Source: an uncultured Spirochaetota bacterium (GTDB taxonomy: Bacteria; Spirochaetota; Spirochaetia; SZUA-6; Fen-1364). Taken from it: DNA of 64,000 nt. The stretch's first letter is position 1, and every line of letters begins with the position of its first letter. The position numbers were made by a program, and so were the translations under genes. Below, piece after piece: positions 11,138 to 19,459 of this stretch. The notes under the pieces are model-generated. The model made no database searches. It was given only the letters and a program-made list of their open reading frames with translations, and was not told where the DNA came from. The stretch lies in NCBI GenBank assembly GCA_963781885.1, contig CAWAHW010000004.1:448001-512000 (forward strand). Reading direction: 5' to 3'.

Positions 11138-11166
11138 TTGACATTTTACTTCGATATAGTAATTTA
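11138..11166 (+). promoter_or_regulatory. Promoter with overlapping palindromic operator (probable MarR site)
   Basis: TTGACA followed by TTACT-N7-AGTAA in an AT-rich patch upstream of the PNPOx-MarR pair. Confidence 0.55.
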
Positions 11167-11195
11167 CTCTATCAAACCATTCGGAGGCTCGAACG

Positions 11196-11645
11196 ATGGA
11201 AAAAGAAGCCCTCGCGGCGCTCGCCCTCGACATCATGGGCAGGGCCGACATGCTGACGCTCGCCACGGCGGGCGGTGATCCCTATCCCCACGTCCGGGCC
11301 CTCTTCAACCTGCGCGACGCGAAGCGCTTCCCGGCTCTTGCGGCGTGGCAGGCGGACAAGGGTCTTTCGGTCTACCTCGGCACGAACACGTCCTCCCTCA
11401 AGATGCACGAAGTGGAGGCGGCCCCCTGGGTCAGCGTCTACTACATGATTTCCGCCGAGTTCAAGGGCATCTGCCTCAGCGGCCGCGCGGTCCCTGACGC
11501 CGCGGCCCGTGCGGCGCTCTGGGTCGACGGCTGGGAAATGTACTATCCGGCCGGCAGGGATGATCCTGACTTCTCCGTGCTGAGGGTCGATCCGATCCGC
11601 GCGCGCGGCTGGAACGCCGCGGCGGCCTTCGACCTCCCGTTGTGA
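11196..11645 (+). CDS. Pyridoxamine 5'-phosphate oxidase-like FMN-binding / general stress protein
   Basis: LAT...PHVR, TNTSS.K, LW..GWEMYYP.G.DDPDF.VL. Confidence 0.8.
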   Translation: MEKEALAALALDIMGRADMLTLATAGGDPYPHVRALFNLRDAKRFPALAAWQADKGLSVYLGTNTSSLKMHEVEAAPWVSVYYMISAEFKGICLSGRAVPDAAARAALWVDGWEMYYPAGRDDPDFSVLRVDPIRARGWNAAAAFDLPL

Positions 11646-12106
11646 GCCATTCGCCGGAAAGGTCCGTGCCCTCCTCTGCCGGAGGCTATCTTGTCGCCAA
11701 GGCGCACCAGATCGGCGGCAGGGTCTTCGCCCGGCTTCTCAAGGAGGAGGACGGGAAAGCGATAAACCCGGCCCAGGGCCGCATCCTCTTCGCCCTGTGG
11801 AAAAGGGGCGGTATGAGCGCCACCGCGCTGTCGCGGGAGACGGCCCTGGAGCCCTCGACGCTCACGAGCATGATCGACAGGCTGGAGGCGACTGGCCTGG
11901 TCAGGCGGACCCCTTCAGCGGGTGACCGCAGGGCCCTCGTCATCTCGTGCACGAAGGCAGGGGACGAAATGGAAGCGCGCTACGCGGCCGTCTCCGCGCG
12001 GATGGTCGCCCTCTTCTACAAGGGCTTCGGAAGGGCGGAAATCGTGGCGTTCGAAAAATCCCTCGGCAAAATCGTCGCGAACCTGGAGGAGGCGGAGCGC
12101 GCCTGA
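11642..12106 (+). CDS. MarR family transcriptional regulator
   Basis: QGRIL..LW, wHTH STLTSMIDRLE..GLV.R...DRR. Confidence 0.9.
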   Translation: MSHSPERSVPSSAGGYLVAKAHQIGGRVFARLLKEEDGKAINPAQGRILFALWKRGGMSATALSRETALEPSTLTSMIDRLEATGLVRRTPSAGDRRALVISCTKAGDEMEARYAAVSARMVALFYKGFGRAEIVAFEKSLGKIVANLEEAERA

Positions 12107-12229
12107 ACAGGCGCCGCGGCCCGCGGAAGACCGCAACCATCCGGGCGCGCGCGATTATCTCGACCAGATCGCGGCGCTGGGGGAGGCGGCCCTCCATCGG
12201 CTGAAGCGCTTCGTCGAGGTCGACAGCCC

Positions 12230-13219
12230 CTAATGGCCGCTCCCCGGCTGCATGACCCCATTATAGAGGTCGGGCCGGGGCGCCCCGTCCACGACGAGCC
12301 AGGCGCTGAGCCCCCGCTCTTCACCTCGCGCCATGGGCCCGACCGGGTTCACCCTTGCGCGCGACGCGGCGCCGCCGAGCCGGGTGAGCTGCTCGCTCAC
12401 CGTCCAGAGCCGCTCCACAACCGCGTCGTCCTTCGCGGCCGGGGGCGGCTCGATGGGCTTCTTCCTGTCAAAGTATTTCCCGGTCACGCCGGCGACCTCG
12501 GGAGAGGTGGCAAGATAGATCTCGGTTTCCGCGCCTTTCTCCGGCGGGAGCGCGAAGGACAATCGCTGGATGATGCGCAGCAAGACTCCGAAGAATCGGC
12601 CGTTATTCATGCCGAACCCCGTGGCGACGAATCCAGGATGCAGCGCGTTCGCCGTCACGCCGGTCCCCTGCAGGCGCCGGGACAATCCCGCCGTGAAAAG
12701 GATATTCGCCAGCTTGGACTGGGAGTACGCCCGCATGCCGGCATAGGCATGCTCACCCTGCAGGTCGTCGAAGTTGATGACGCCGCCGCGCGCGGCCATC
12801 GATGCGACGTTGACGATGCGGGAGGGAGAACTTGCTTTCAGCACGTCGAGCAGCAGGTTGGTGAGGAGAAAGGGACCGAGGTGATTGGTGGCAAAGGTCG
12901 TCTCCAGCCCGTCCACGGTCGTCCCGCGTTTCCAGTTGAGCGCGCCGGCGTTGTTCACAAGGACGTCGAGGCGCGTGTAGGTCTTCTTGAACGCATCCGT
13001 GAACCCACGGATCGATTCCTGGGACGACAGGTCGAGCTTCATGGAGACGACCGATGTCGCGCCGGACCGCGCCTTGATCTCCTCCACGGTCGTCTCGCCC
13101 CGGTCCAGATCCCGGACCGCGACGATCACCGTCATTTCCGCCGCCGCAAGCGCGTGCGCCGTCACCTTGCCGATGCCGCTCGTCGCGCCCGTGACGATGG
13201 CGACTTGCTTTTCACTCAT
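12230..13219 (-). CDS. Short-chain dehydrogenase/reductase (retinol dehydrogenase-like)
   Basis: TGATSGIG, NNAG, NHLGPF, YSQSK, LHPGFVAT; ~45-aa atypical C-terminal extension. Confidence 0.9.
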   Translation of the reverse strand: MSEKQVAIVTGATSGIGKVTAHALAAAEMTVIVAVRDLDRGETTVEEIKARSGATSVVSMKLDLSSQESIRGFTDAFKKTYTRLDVLVNNAGALNWKRGTTVDGLETTFATNHLGPFLLTNLLLDVLKASSPSRIVNVASMAARGGVINFDDLQGEHAYAGMRAYSQSKLANILFTAGLSRRLQGTGVTANALHPGFVATGFGMNNGRFFGVLLRIIQRLSFALPPEKGAETEIYLATSPEVAGVTGKYFDRKKPIEPPPAAKDDAVVERLWTVSEQLTRLGGAASRARVNPVGPMARGEERGLSAWLVVDGAPRPDLYNGVMQPGSGH

Positions 13220-13309
13220 CAACGTCCTCCTGGCCTACAATATACAAAATCCCCGCGCGGTGGCCGCGCGTGCCCGCGCGTGGCGACATTGAGGTCGAGA
13301 GGAGTCCCC

Positions 13310-14740
13310 ATGACGGACGGACGATTCGCGCCGGTGACCGATTCGATTGTCCAGGAGCTCTGCACGATCTGCGGCGAGGCTAATGTGATTCACGGCGACG
13401 CGGCCCAACTGAGCCGTTATTCCCGCGACCAGGTGGCGGAGAGGCACTTCCACGTTTCACCCGACGTCGTGGTGATGCCCGGCAGCACGGCCGAGGTCCA
13501 GGCGATCGTCCGGTTGGCAAACCGCGAGCTGATTTCCGTCACGCCGCGCGGCGCCGGCAGCGGGCTGTCGGGTGGGGCAATTCCCGTCCGGGGCGGGATA
13601 TGTCTTTCGATGGAGAGAATGAACCGCATCCTCGAGGTGGACACCGCGAACCTCTTTGCCGTGGTGGAACCGGGCGTCGTGACAAACAGACTCGATGAAG
13701 CCCTCAAACCGCTGGGGCTTTTCTTTGCCGGTTACCCCATGAGCGAGGAGATCTGCACGATCGGCGGGAACGTCGCGCACAATGCGGGCGGCGGCAGGGC
13801 CATCAAGTACGGAGTGACGAAGCGCTACATCACCGGGCTCGAAGTAGTGACCGCAACGGGAGAGATCCTCACCCTGGGCGGCAAGCGGGTCAAGGACGTC
13901 ACCGGCTACGACTTGATCGGTCTGCTGGTGGGATCGGAAGGCACGCTGGGGGTTTTCACGCGGATAACGATCCGCTTGCTGCCCCGACCCCGGTACCGCC
14001 GGTCGCTGCTCGTCCTGTTCGACGGCGTGCGCCCGGCCATCGAGACCGTGCCGGCGATCGCCATCGGCGGGCGCATGGTCCCCGCATCGATCGAGTTCAT
14101 GGACCGCATCAGCTTCCAGGAGGCGTGCCGGAGCCTCAAGGAGAGCCTCCCCTACCAGAGCGCCGGCGCGGCGATGCTGTTGGAGTGCGACGGCTCCTAC
14201 GAGACGCAGGTCGGGGAGGAGTCGGCGCTGATGGAGTCCGTCTGCCGCGCGAAAAAGCCGATCGAGGTCCTTGTGGCGGAGACGGAAGCGGAATCGAACC
14301 GCTACTGGAAGATCCGCAAACAGGTGCCGTGGACCCTGAAGGCGCTCGCCACGCACAGCTCCGTGGAAGACATCGTGGTGCCCGTCAGCGAGATCCCCGC
14401 GATAATCGAAAGGATCATCGAGCTGGAGAAGGAATACGCCCTGAGGATCCCCGTGTTCGGCCACGCGGGAGACGGAAACCTCCACGCCACGCCTCTGAAG
14501 GACCCCGAGTCGACCGAGGCGCATTGGCACGAGCTGATCCCCCGGCTCCTCGCGGAGCTCTACCGGGAAACCGCCGCCCTCGGCGGCACCATCAGCGGCG
14601 AGCACGGCATCGGCAGCAAGCGGCGGCAATTCCTCCCCCTTGTGATGGCGGCCGGGCAGATCGACCTTTTGCGGAAAATCAAGACGGCGATGGATCCGAA
14701 CGGCATCCTCAATCCGGGAAAAATCTTCGACCCCGCGTAG
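13310..14740 (+). CDS. FAD-linked glycolate/D-lactate dehydrogenase (GlcD-like)
   Basis: PRGAGSGLSGG, TIGGNVAHNAGG, GSEGTLG, GHAGDGNLH, SGEHGIG, DPNGILNPGK; GAGGAG SD. Confidence 0.9.
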   Translation: MTDGRFAPVTDSIVQELCTICGEANVIHGDAAQLSRYSRDQVAERHFHVSPDVVVMPGSTAEVQAIVRLANRELISVTPRGAGSGLSGGAIPVRGGICLSMERMNRILEVDTANLFAVVEPGVVTNRLDEALKPLGLFFAGYPMSEEICTIGGNVAHNAGGGRAIKYGVTKRYITGLEVVTATGEILTLGGKRVKDVTGYDLIGLLVGSEGTLGVFTRITIRLLPRPRYRRSLLVLFDGVRPAIETVPAIAIGGRMVPASIEFMDRISFQEACRSLKESLPYQSAGAAMLLECDGSYETQVGEESALMESVCRAKKPIEVLVAETEAESNRYWKIRKQVPWTLKALATHSSVEDIVVPVSEIPAIIERIIELEKEYALRIPVFGHAGDGNLHATPLKDPESTEAHWHELIPRLLAELYRETAALGGTISGEHGIGSKRRQFLPLVMAAGQIDLLRKIKTAMDPNGILNPGKIFDPA

Positions 14741-14764
14741 ATATCCAGCCGCGATCGACCTTCC

Positions 14765-15544
14765 TCAACGGGATTGCCGCGCCGCGCGCCACTCCTGGAG
14801 CACCTGCTTGTGGTCGAAAGCGAAAGCGAGCTGGTCGATCTCGTCGAGAGAAATGACGCGCACGTCTGCCGCGTCGTCTCCTGCCTTCGGAGTCCCCTGC
14901 GCGCGGGCGGAGAAGACCGTCGTGATGGTTTGGAAACGCGGGTCCCGCGACGGATCGGAATAGGTATGGAACTGCCGCAGATCCTGCAGCGCGAGTCCCG
15001 TTTCCTCTCTCGCCTCGCGGCACACCGCGTGCTCGAGGCTTTCGCCATAGTCAACGAATCCGCCCGGCAGGGCGAAGCCCAGCGGCGGGTTGCTCCTCTT
15101 CACGACAACGATTCCGTGCGGGAGCTCGATGATGGCGTCCACGGTCACGAAGGGTCCCCAGATCAGCACGTCCAGGAGGTGCCGCAGGTAGCCGTTCACT
15201 GTCCGGGAGAATGGCTCCCATGCATCAGCCGTCTCGCAGCACAGCACGATCCGCCGGGTGCGGGAGGTGCCGGCGCGCGCGACACGGATCGCTTCCTGCA
15301 CGGCGATCTTGCCGGCGGTGACGGCCGACATGCCGCCCTGGACGCCGAAGGCAGGCAGCGCGATGGATGCGGCGCCCCTCCCCTGCGCCTCCGCAATGGC
15401 CGCGGCGCAGGCGGCGCGCACCGACGACTCGTCCGGCTGGATGCGCTTCGGGTGCGAGGCCGCGTCCTCCCGGACGAATGCCGCCGCGCCCGCCTCAGCC
15501 GGCGCGCAGTGCTTTGCCTCTATCTCGACGCCACGGACGTTCAC
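14765..15544 (-). CDS. Truncated macrodomain fused to NUDIX hydrolase
   Basis: SIALPAFG..GG (macro C-terminal half); Nudix box GGFVDYGESLEHAVCREAREETGL, RDPR, AFDH. Confidence 0.75.
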   Translation of the reverse strand: MNVRGVEIEAKHCAPAEAGAAAFVREDAASHPKRIQPDESSVRAACAAAIAEAQGRGAASIALPAFGVQGGMSAVTAGKIAVQEAIRVARAGTSRTRRIVLCCETADAWEPFSRTVNGYLRHLLDVLIWGPFVTVDAIIELPHGIVVVKRSNPPLGFALPGGFVDYGESLEHAVCREAREETGLALQDLRQFHTYSDPSRDPRFQTITTVFSARAQGTPKAGDDAADVRVISLDEIDQLAFAFDHKQVLQEWRAARQSR

Positions 15545-15571
15545 CTGCTGCCCCCTTCCTGCGCCGACGAT

Positions 15572-16747
15572 TCAGCGGCGATACGCGCGAAGCACTTTCC
15601 TCACCGCCGCGACGCAGACCTCAGCATGCGACTTCTCCCACGTCGGGTGCAATGGGAGCACCACGGTCCTTGCGCGGACCGCTTCCGCGTTGCGGCACCG
15701 GCACGCCGCGCGCTCCCGGAAGACCGGCTCGTCGTAACACTCAGGCCAGGGGGTGCCGCACTCGGGGATGCCTTCCGCGGCAAGAGCCTGCCGTATCTCC
15801 TCGACGTCGCATGACAGTTTCTCCCGATCGAGCTGCAGGGGATATTTCCAGTAGGCGTTGCGCCGCTCGGGAGTGTTGAGCGGCAATGCAACGACGCCGG
15901 GGAGCTGCCCGAAGGCATGGTCGTAGAGCTTCGCGTAGCCGCGCCGCCTCTGGAGGTTCCACGCGTCCAGCCGCGCGAGCTCGTTCGTTGCGATGATCGC
16001 CTGCATCTCGGTAAGGCGGTAGTTGAATCCCACGCGCACGTGCGCCGCCCTGCCCTGCCCCTCCTGCTCGCGGCCGTAGTCGCGCAGGGTGCGGCACGCG
16101 CGGGCGACCTTCTCGTCGCCCGTCACCACCATGCCTCCTTCGCCGCCCGCCGTCACGTGCTTGCCCTGGGAGAAGCTGAAGCATCCGGCGTCGGCCAGGG
16201 TCCCGGCCTTCCTTCCGCCGAGCTCCCCGCCGACGCACTGCGCGCAATCCTCCACGACAGAAAGCCCGAGGCGGCGCGCCGCCGCCACGATCTTTTCCAT
16301 GTCGCAGACGATGCCGTAGAGGTGCACGGCGATCAGCGCGCGGCTGCGCGGGGTGACGAGCGGCTCAATGGCGCGCGGGTCGAGCGTCTGGTCGGAGGCG
16401 ACGTCGCAGAAGACCGGTACGGCCCCGGCGTGCAGGACGGCGAGCGCCGTGGAGGCGAAGGTGTGCGACGGGAGGATCACCTCGTCGCCCGGGCCGACGT
16501 CCAGCGCGAGCAGCGCCATGTGCAGCGCGGCCGTGCAGCTGGAGCAGGAAACGGCAAAGGGGGCGCCGATCCATTCTGCCCAGCGGGTTTCCAGCTCCGC
16601 GCAGCGCGGGCCCGACCATGACGCGACCCGGCCCGTCTTCAGCGGCTCCAGGATGTCGTGGAGCGTCCGTTCGGAGAACAAGGGCCATGGGGGGAACGGC
16701 TCGCGCGCCGTCTTCTCCCCGCCATGGAGGGCCAGCTCGCTGCGCAT
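15572..16747 (-). CDS. DegT/DnrJ/EryC1/StrS PLP-dependent aminotransferase
   Basis: SSCTAALH, VHLYG, EDCAQ, FSF..GKH.T.GGEGG, GFNYRL; GGAGG SD. Confidence 0.9.
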   Translation of the reverse strand: MRSELALHGGEKTAREPFPPWPLFSERTLHDILEPLKTGRVASWSGPRCAELETRWAEWIGAPFAVSCSSCTAALHMALLALDVGPGDEVILPSHTFASTALAVLHAGAVPVFCDVASDQTLDPRAIEPLVTPRSRALIAVHLYGIVCDMEKIVAAARRLGLSVVEDCAQCVGGELGGRKAGTLADAGCFSFSQGKHVTAGGEGGMVVTGDEKVARACRTLRDYGREQEGQGRAAHVRVGFNYRLTEMQAIIATNELARLDAWNLQRRRGYAKLYDHAFGQLPGVVALPLNTPERRNAYWKYPLQLDREKLSCDVEEIRQALAAEGIPECGTPWPECYDEPVFRERAACRCRNAEAVRARTVVLPLHPTWEKSHAEVCVAAVRKVLRAYRR

Positions 16748-16765
16748 GGTCACCTCCGTAGACCT

Positions 16766-16803
16766 GTCGCTCCCTTCCGCTCCCGGCGGAGTGGGCGACG
16801 TTG
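16766..16803. repeat. Long-form copy of dispersed hairpin element
   Basis: GTCGC-TCCCT-TCCGC-TCCCG-GCGGA-GTGG-GCGAC; same inner hairpin as the 40-bp unit, covaried outer stem. Confidence 0.7.
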
Positions 16804-16906
16804 GATGTCGAGGGGCGCCGCGTGCACGCAAATGCGGCCGGGTACAGTGGCCGCAATGCACGAAAGGCGCCCGTTGTCGGGGCGTTTGTCTCAAGCCTGG
16901 CGCCCC

Positions 16907-16938
16907 AAAACAAGAAGGGCCGACGCGCGGTCGGCCCT
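16907..16938 (-). terminator. Intrinsic terminator of 16951..17715
   Basis: AGGGCCGAC-N5-GTCGGCCCT hairpin followed by TCTTGTTTT on minus strand. Confidence 0.7.
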
Positions 16939-16950
16939 GTCATGTTTTTT

Positions 16951-17715
16951 TCAGCCCGAAGCTGATCTCCACCACACGTAATGGGTGGTCTGCAGCTCCC
17001 GCTCCGACGGCATCGGGTAGTACAGCATGCCCTTGGCATCACCAAGGAAGAAACCGTCCTCCACCAGGCGGTAGGGGAAGTCGATCGGCGCCATGCGGTC
17101 CACGGTCTTCGTACCCTTGTGGGGGTCTTTCTTCAACTCCGTGATGCAGGATCTCAGGTGCTCGATGTTCTGGTACGGCAGGTCGCGCACGCTGCCCGTC
17201 TCAGGGTTCTCCGCGAGCTCGCCGAGCCGCAGCCCCGTGAAAAGGATCTTCGGTACGTGGATGCTGCGCTTGCTGTCGGTCATGAACGCGCAGAAGGCAT
17301 GTGGATCGAGGCTGCTCACGACGCGCGGCGCGACGGGGCAGATCTCCTGGTAGAGGCGGAAGCCATGGGGGAATTTCGGAAGCTCCTTCGAGGGGGCAAT
17401 CTCCAGAACGCGGCCGTCGCGCGTGGAGAGGTAGAGATTGCCGATTGCACTCAGCGGCACGTGCTCCAGCACGCGGTACACGGAGAGATAGACGGAGTGC
17501 TTCGGCTCACCGTTGGCATGGGGGACGCAGCGGGTGTCGATCTCGGACATCGGGAAGTAGTCGCTGGAGAAGCCGCGGTCGACGTTGAAGAACTGCGCCT
17601 GCCCACGGGACTTCTTCTCCATGCCGACGGCATAGTAGGCCCCGAAGTCCAGCGGTGTCAGCATCGATGCAATCAGCGCCTCGGGAATCGTCGATAGATA
17701 CAGATGGACTGCCAT
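16951..17715 (-). CDS. Conserved-looking hypothetical protein
   Basis: 254-aa ORF with strong codon bias, GGAGG SD, own promoter (TTGCTT-N17-TATTAT) and terminator. Confidence 0.8.
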   Translation of the reverse strand: MAVHLYLSTIPEALIASMLTPLDFGAYYAVGMEKKSRGQAQFFNVDRGFSSDYFPMSEIDTRCVPHANGEPKHSVYLSVYRVLEHVPLSAIGNLYLSTRDGRVLEIAPSKELPKFPHGFRLYQEICPVAPRVVSSLDPHAFCAFMTDSKRSIHVPKILFTGLRLGELAENPETGSVRDLPYQNIEHLRSCITELKKDPHKGTKTVDRMAPIDFPYRLVEDGFFLGDAKGMLYYPMPSERELQTTHYVWWRSASG

Positions 17716-17790
17716 ATGTACCTCCCGGACCGATAATACCGCGGCTTGGTGCTGAAAGCAATGAGAATGCGGCTGGAGGAGGCGGCAGCG

Positions 17791-18813
17791 TCAGGAAAAC
17801 TTGTCGAAGAAAACAAGCTCCCTGTCCAGACCGCGCGAGACCAGCGCGCCGATTGAAGCATCGATCAGGCCGGGGCCTCCGCAGAGATAGGCTTCGTAGT
17901 GATCGAGGATCGGCAGGAGTCGGGCCAGGGCCGCGGGCATGCCTCCGATCTCTCCGGTCCACGCATCGGCGGGCTTCGGATGGGAGAGGATGGGAATGAA
18001 TCGGAATCCGGGCAGCCGGGCCGCAAGCTGCTCCATGTCGGCGCGGTAGACAAGGTCCGCGGCCGTGCGCGCGGAGTAGAAGAATGTCACCGGCCTTTCG
18101 ACGCCCCGTTCGGCGAGATCCAGGAGCATCGCGCGCACGGGGGCGATGCCGGAGCCGCCGGCGACGAAAAGCAGCGCACGGCTGCCCGGACGAACGATAA
18201 AGCCGCCGAACGGGCCGTTGATGGTGACGGCATCACCCGTCGCCAGCCGCTCGAAGACGTAGGGCGTGCACGCGCCGCCCGCAACAAGCGCGACGAGCAG
18301 CATCAACCGCTGCGGGCACGAGGGTGCGGAGGCGACGGAATAGGCCCGATAGACGGGCTGCGCATTGCGCTCCGTTCCGGGAAGAATGAACTGGACGTAC
18401 TGGCCGGCGACGAACGGCATTCCCGCCGCGTCGTCGAGATCGAGGTCCACCTCGCGGAGGCCGGGGGCCGGATCGCGGATCGCCCTCACGCGACAGGGGT
18501 ACTGGCGCGCGTGGAGGTAGCCGGCCGGGAGCTGCACGTGCAGCTCCCGGTATCCCTTCGTCTGGCAGGCAAGGTGCACGCCGCGTGCCATCTCTTCGGC
18601 GGACAGGATGACGTGCTCTTCCGCGGCATGGGCATCCGCGCCGGAGGTGATGCGGACCCTGCACTGTCCACAGCTCGCCCGGCCCCCGCAGGCCGAAGGC
18701 ATGAAAATGCGCTCCGCCATGAGGTTGAAGAGAAGGGGGCGCCCGCGGGGGGCGTTGATGACGCGCTCGCCGTCATTCACGACGATGCGTGCCGTTTCTT
18801 CGGCGTCGGGCAT
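17791..18813 (-). CDS. [2Fe-2S]/FAD/NAD(P)H oxidoreductase (NqrF/phenol-hydroxylase reductase-like), soluble
   Basis: CGGRASCGQC...LACQ, RAYSVAS, GGSGIAP, YLCG, FFDKF. Confidence 0.85.
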   Translation of the reverse strand: MPDAEETARIVVNDGERVINAPRGRPLLFNLMAERIFMPSACGGRASCGQCRVRITSGADAHAAEEHVILSAEEMARGVHLACQTKGYRELHVQLPAGYLHARQYPCRVRAIRDPAPGLREVDLDLDDAAGMPFVAGQYVQFILPGTERNAQPVYRAYSVASAPSCPQRLMLLVALVAGGACTPYVFERLATGDAVTINGPFGGFIVRPGSRALLFVAGGSGIAPVRAMLLDLAERGVERPVTFFYSARTAADLVYRADMEQLAARLPGFRFIPILSHPKPADAWTGEIGGMPAALARLLPILDHYEAYLCGGPGLIDASIGALVSRGLDRELVFFDKFS

Positions 18814-18819
18814 GGCATG

Positions 18820-18848
18820 AAGATAGCCGGCTCCCGGATCGTGGTCAA
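18820..18848 (-). promoter_or_regulatory. Leaderless-type promoter of the oxidoreductase
   Basis: TTGACC-N17-TATCTT-N6-ATG. Confidence 0.6.
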
Positions 18849-18850
18849 CG

Positions 18851-18977
18851 CGGCCACTCCTTCCGCTCCTGGCGGAGTTGGTGGCATTCGCGGCCACTCC
18901 TTCCGCTCCTGGCGGAGTTGGTGGCATTCGCGGCCACTCCTTCCGCTCCTGGCGGAGTTGGTGGCATTCGCGGCCAC
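18851..18977. repeat. Exact tandem array: 3 x 40 bp plus partial
   Basis: CGGCCACTCCTTCCGCTCCTGGCGGAGTTGGTGGCATTCG at 18851, 18891, 18931, then CGGCCAC; no spacers. Confidence 0.95.
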
Positions 18978-19126
18978 CCCTGGTTTGCGGGAGCCAGACG
19001 CCCTTGCGCGTCCATCGCCATGGCCAGTTGACCGGCGGCCCGGCCCCAGTACACTGCCGATTCGTCGGAGAACCCTTGCACAACACCGCCATTTCCACAT
19101 TGCTGTTGAAGATTCTTCTGGTGCCC

Positions 19127-19459
19127 ATGATTGCGCTCTGGGCCTTTCATCTCTACCAGCGGCGCTTCAAGGACGCGGCGGTGCGGAAAAGGATCGCCAC
19201 CCTTTCCCTGACGGTGATTGTGATCGGAGGCTGGCTCGCCTCCTGGCTCTTCTCCACGAAGGGGATCGACGACATCTACCTGATCGGCGTCGCGGCGCTG
19301 GCGGTGACGATCATGGTCTGGCAGAGAAAGCTCATCCTGCCCTACCGGCTGCACTGCGTCCGCTGCGGGACGTTGCTGCCGCTCACGCGCGTTCTCAACC
19401 ATGATTCGAATACCTGCGAGGCCTGCGAGTCTCGGGGAAAAGAAGGAGTGCCCTCATGA
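19127..19459 (+). CDS. Small membrane protein with C-terminal CxxC...CxxC zinc ribbon (start uncertain, possibly 19028)
   Basis: Hydrophobic helices then CVRC...CEAC; ATGA overlap with the xylose isomerase-like gene. Confidence 0.65.
   Translation: MIALWAFHLYQRRFKDAAVRKRIATLSLTVIVIGGWLASWLFSTKGIDDIYLIGVAALAVTIMVWQRKLILPYRLHCVRCGTLLPLTRVLNHDSNTCEACESRGKEGVPS

Noticed and set aside
18851-18977. CRISPR array
   Set aside because: Units are fully identical with no unique spacers, and there are no cas genes
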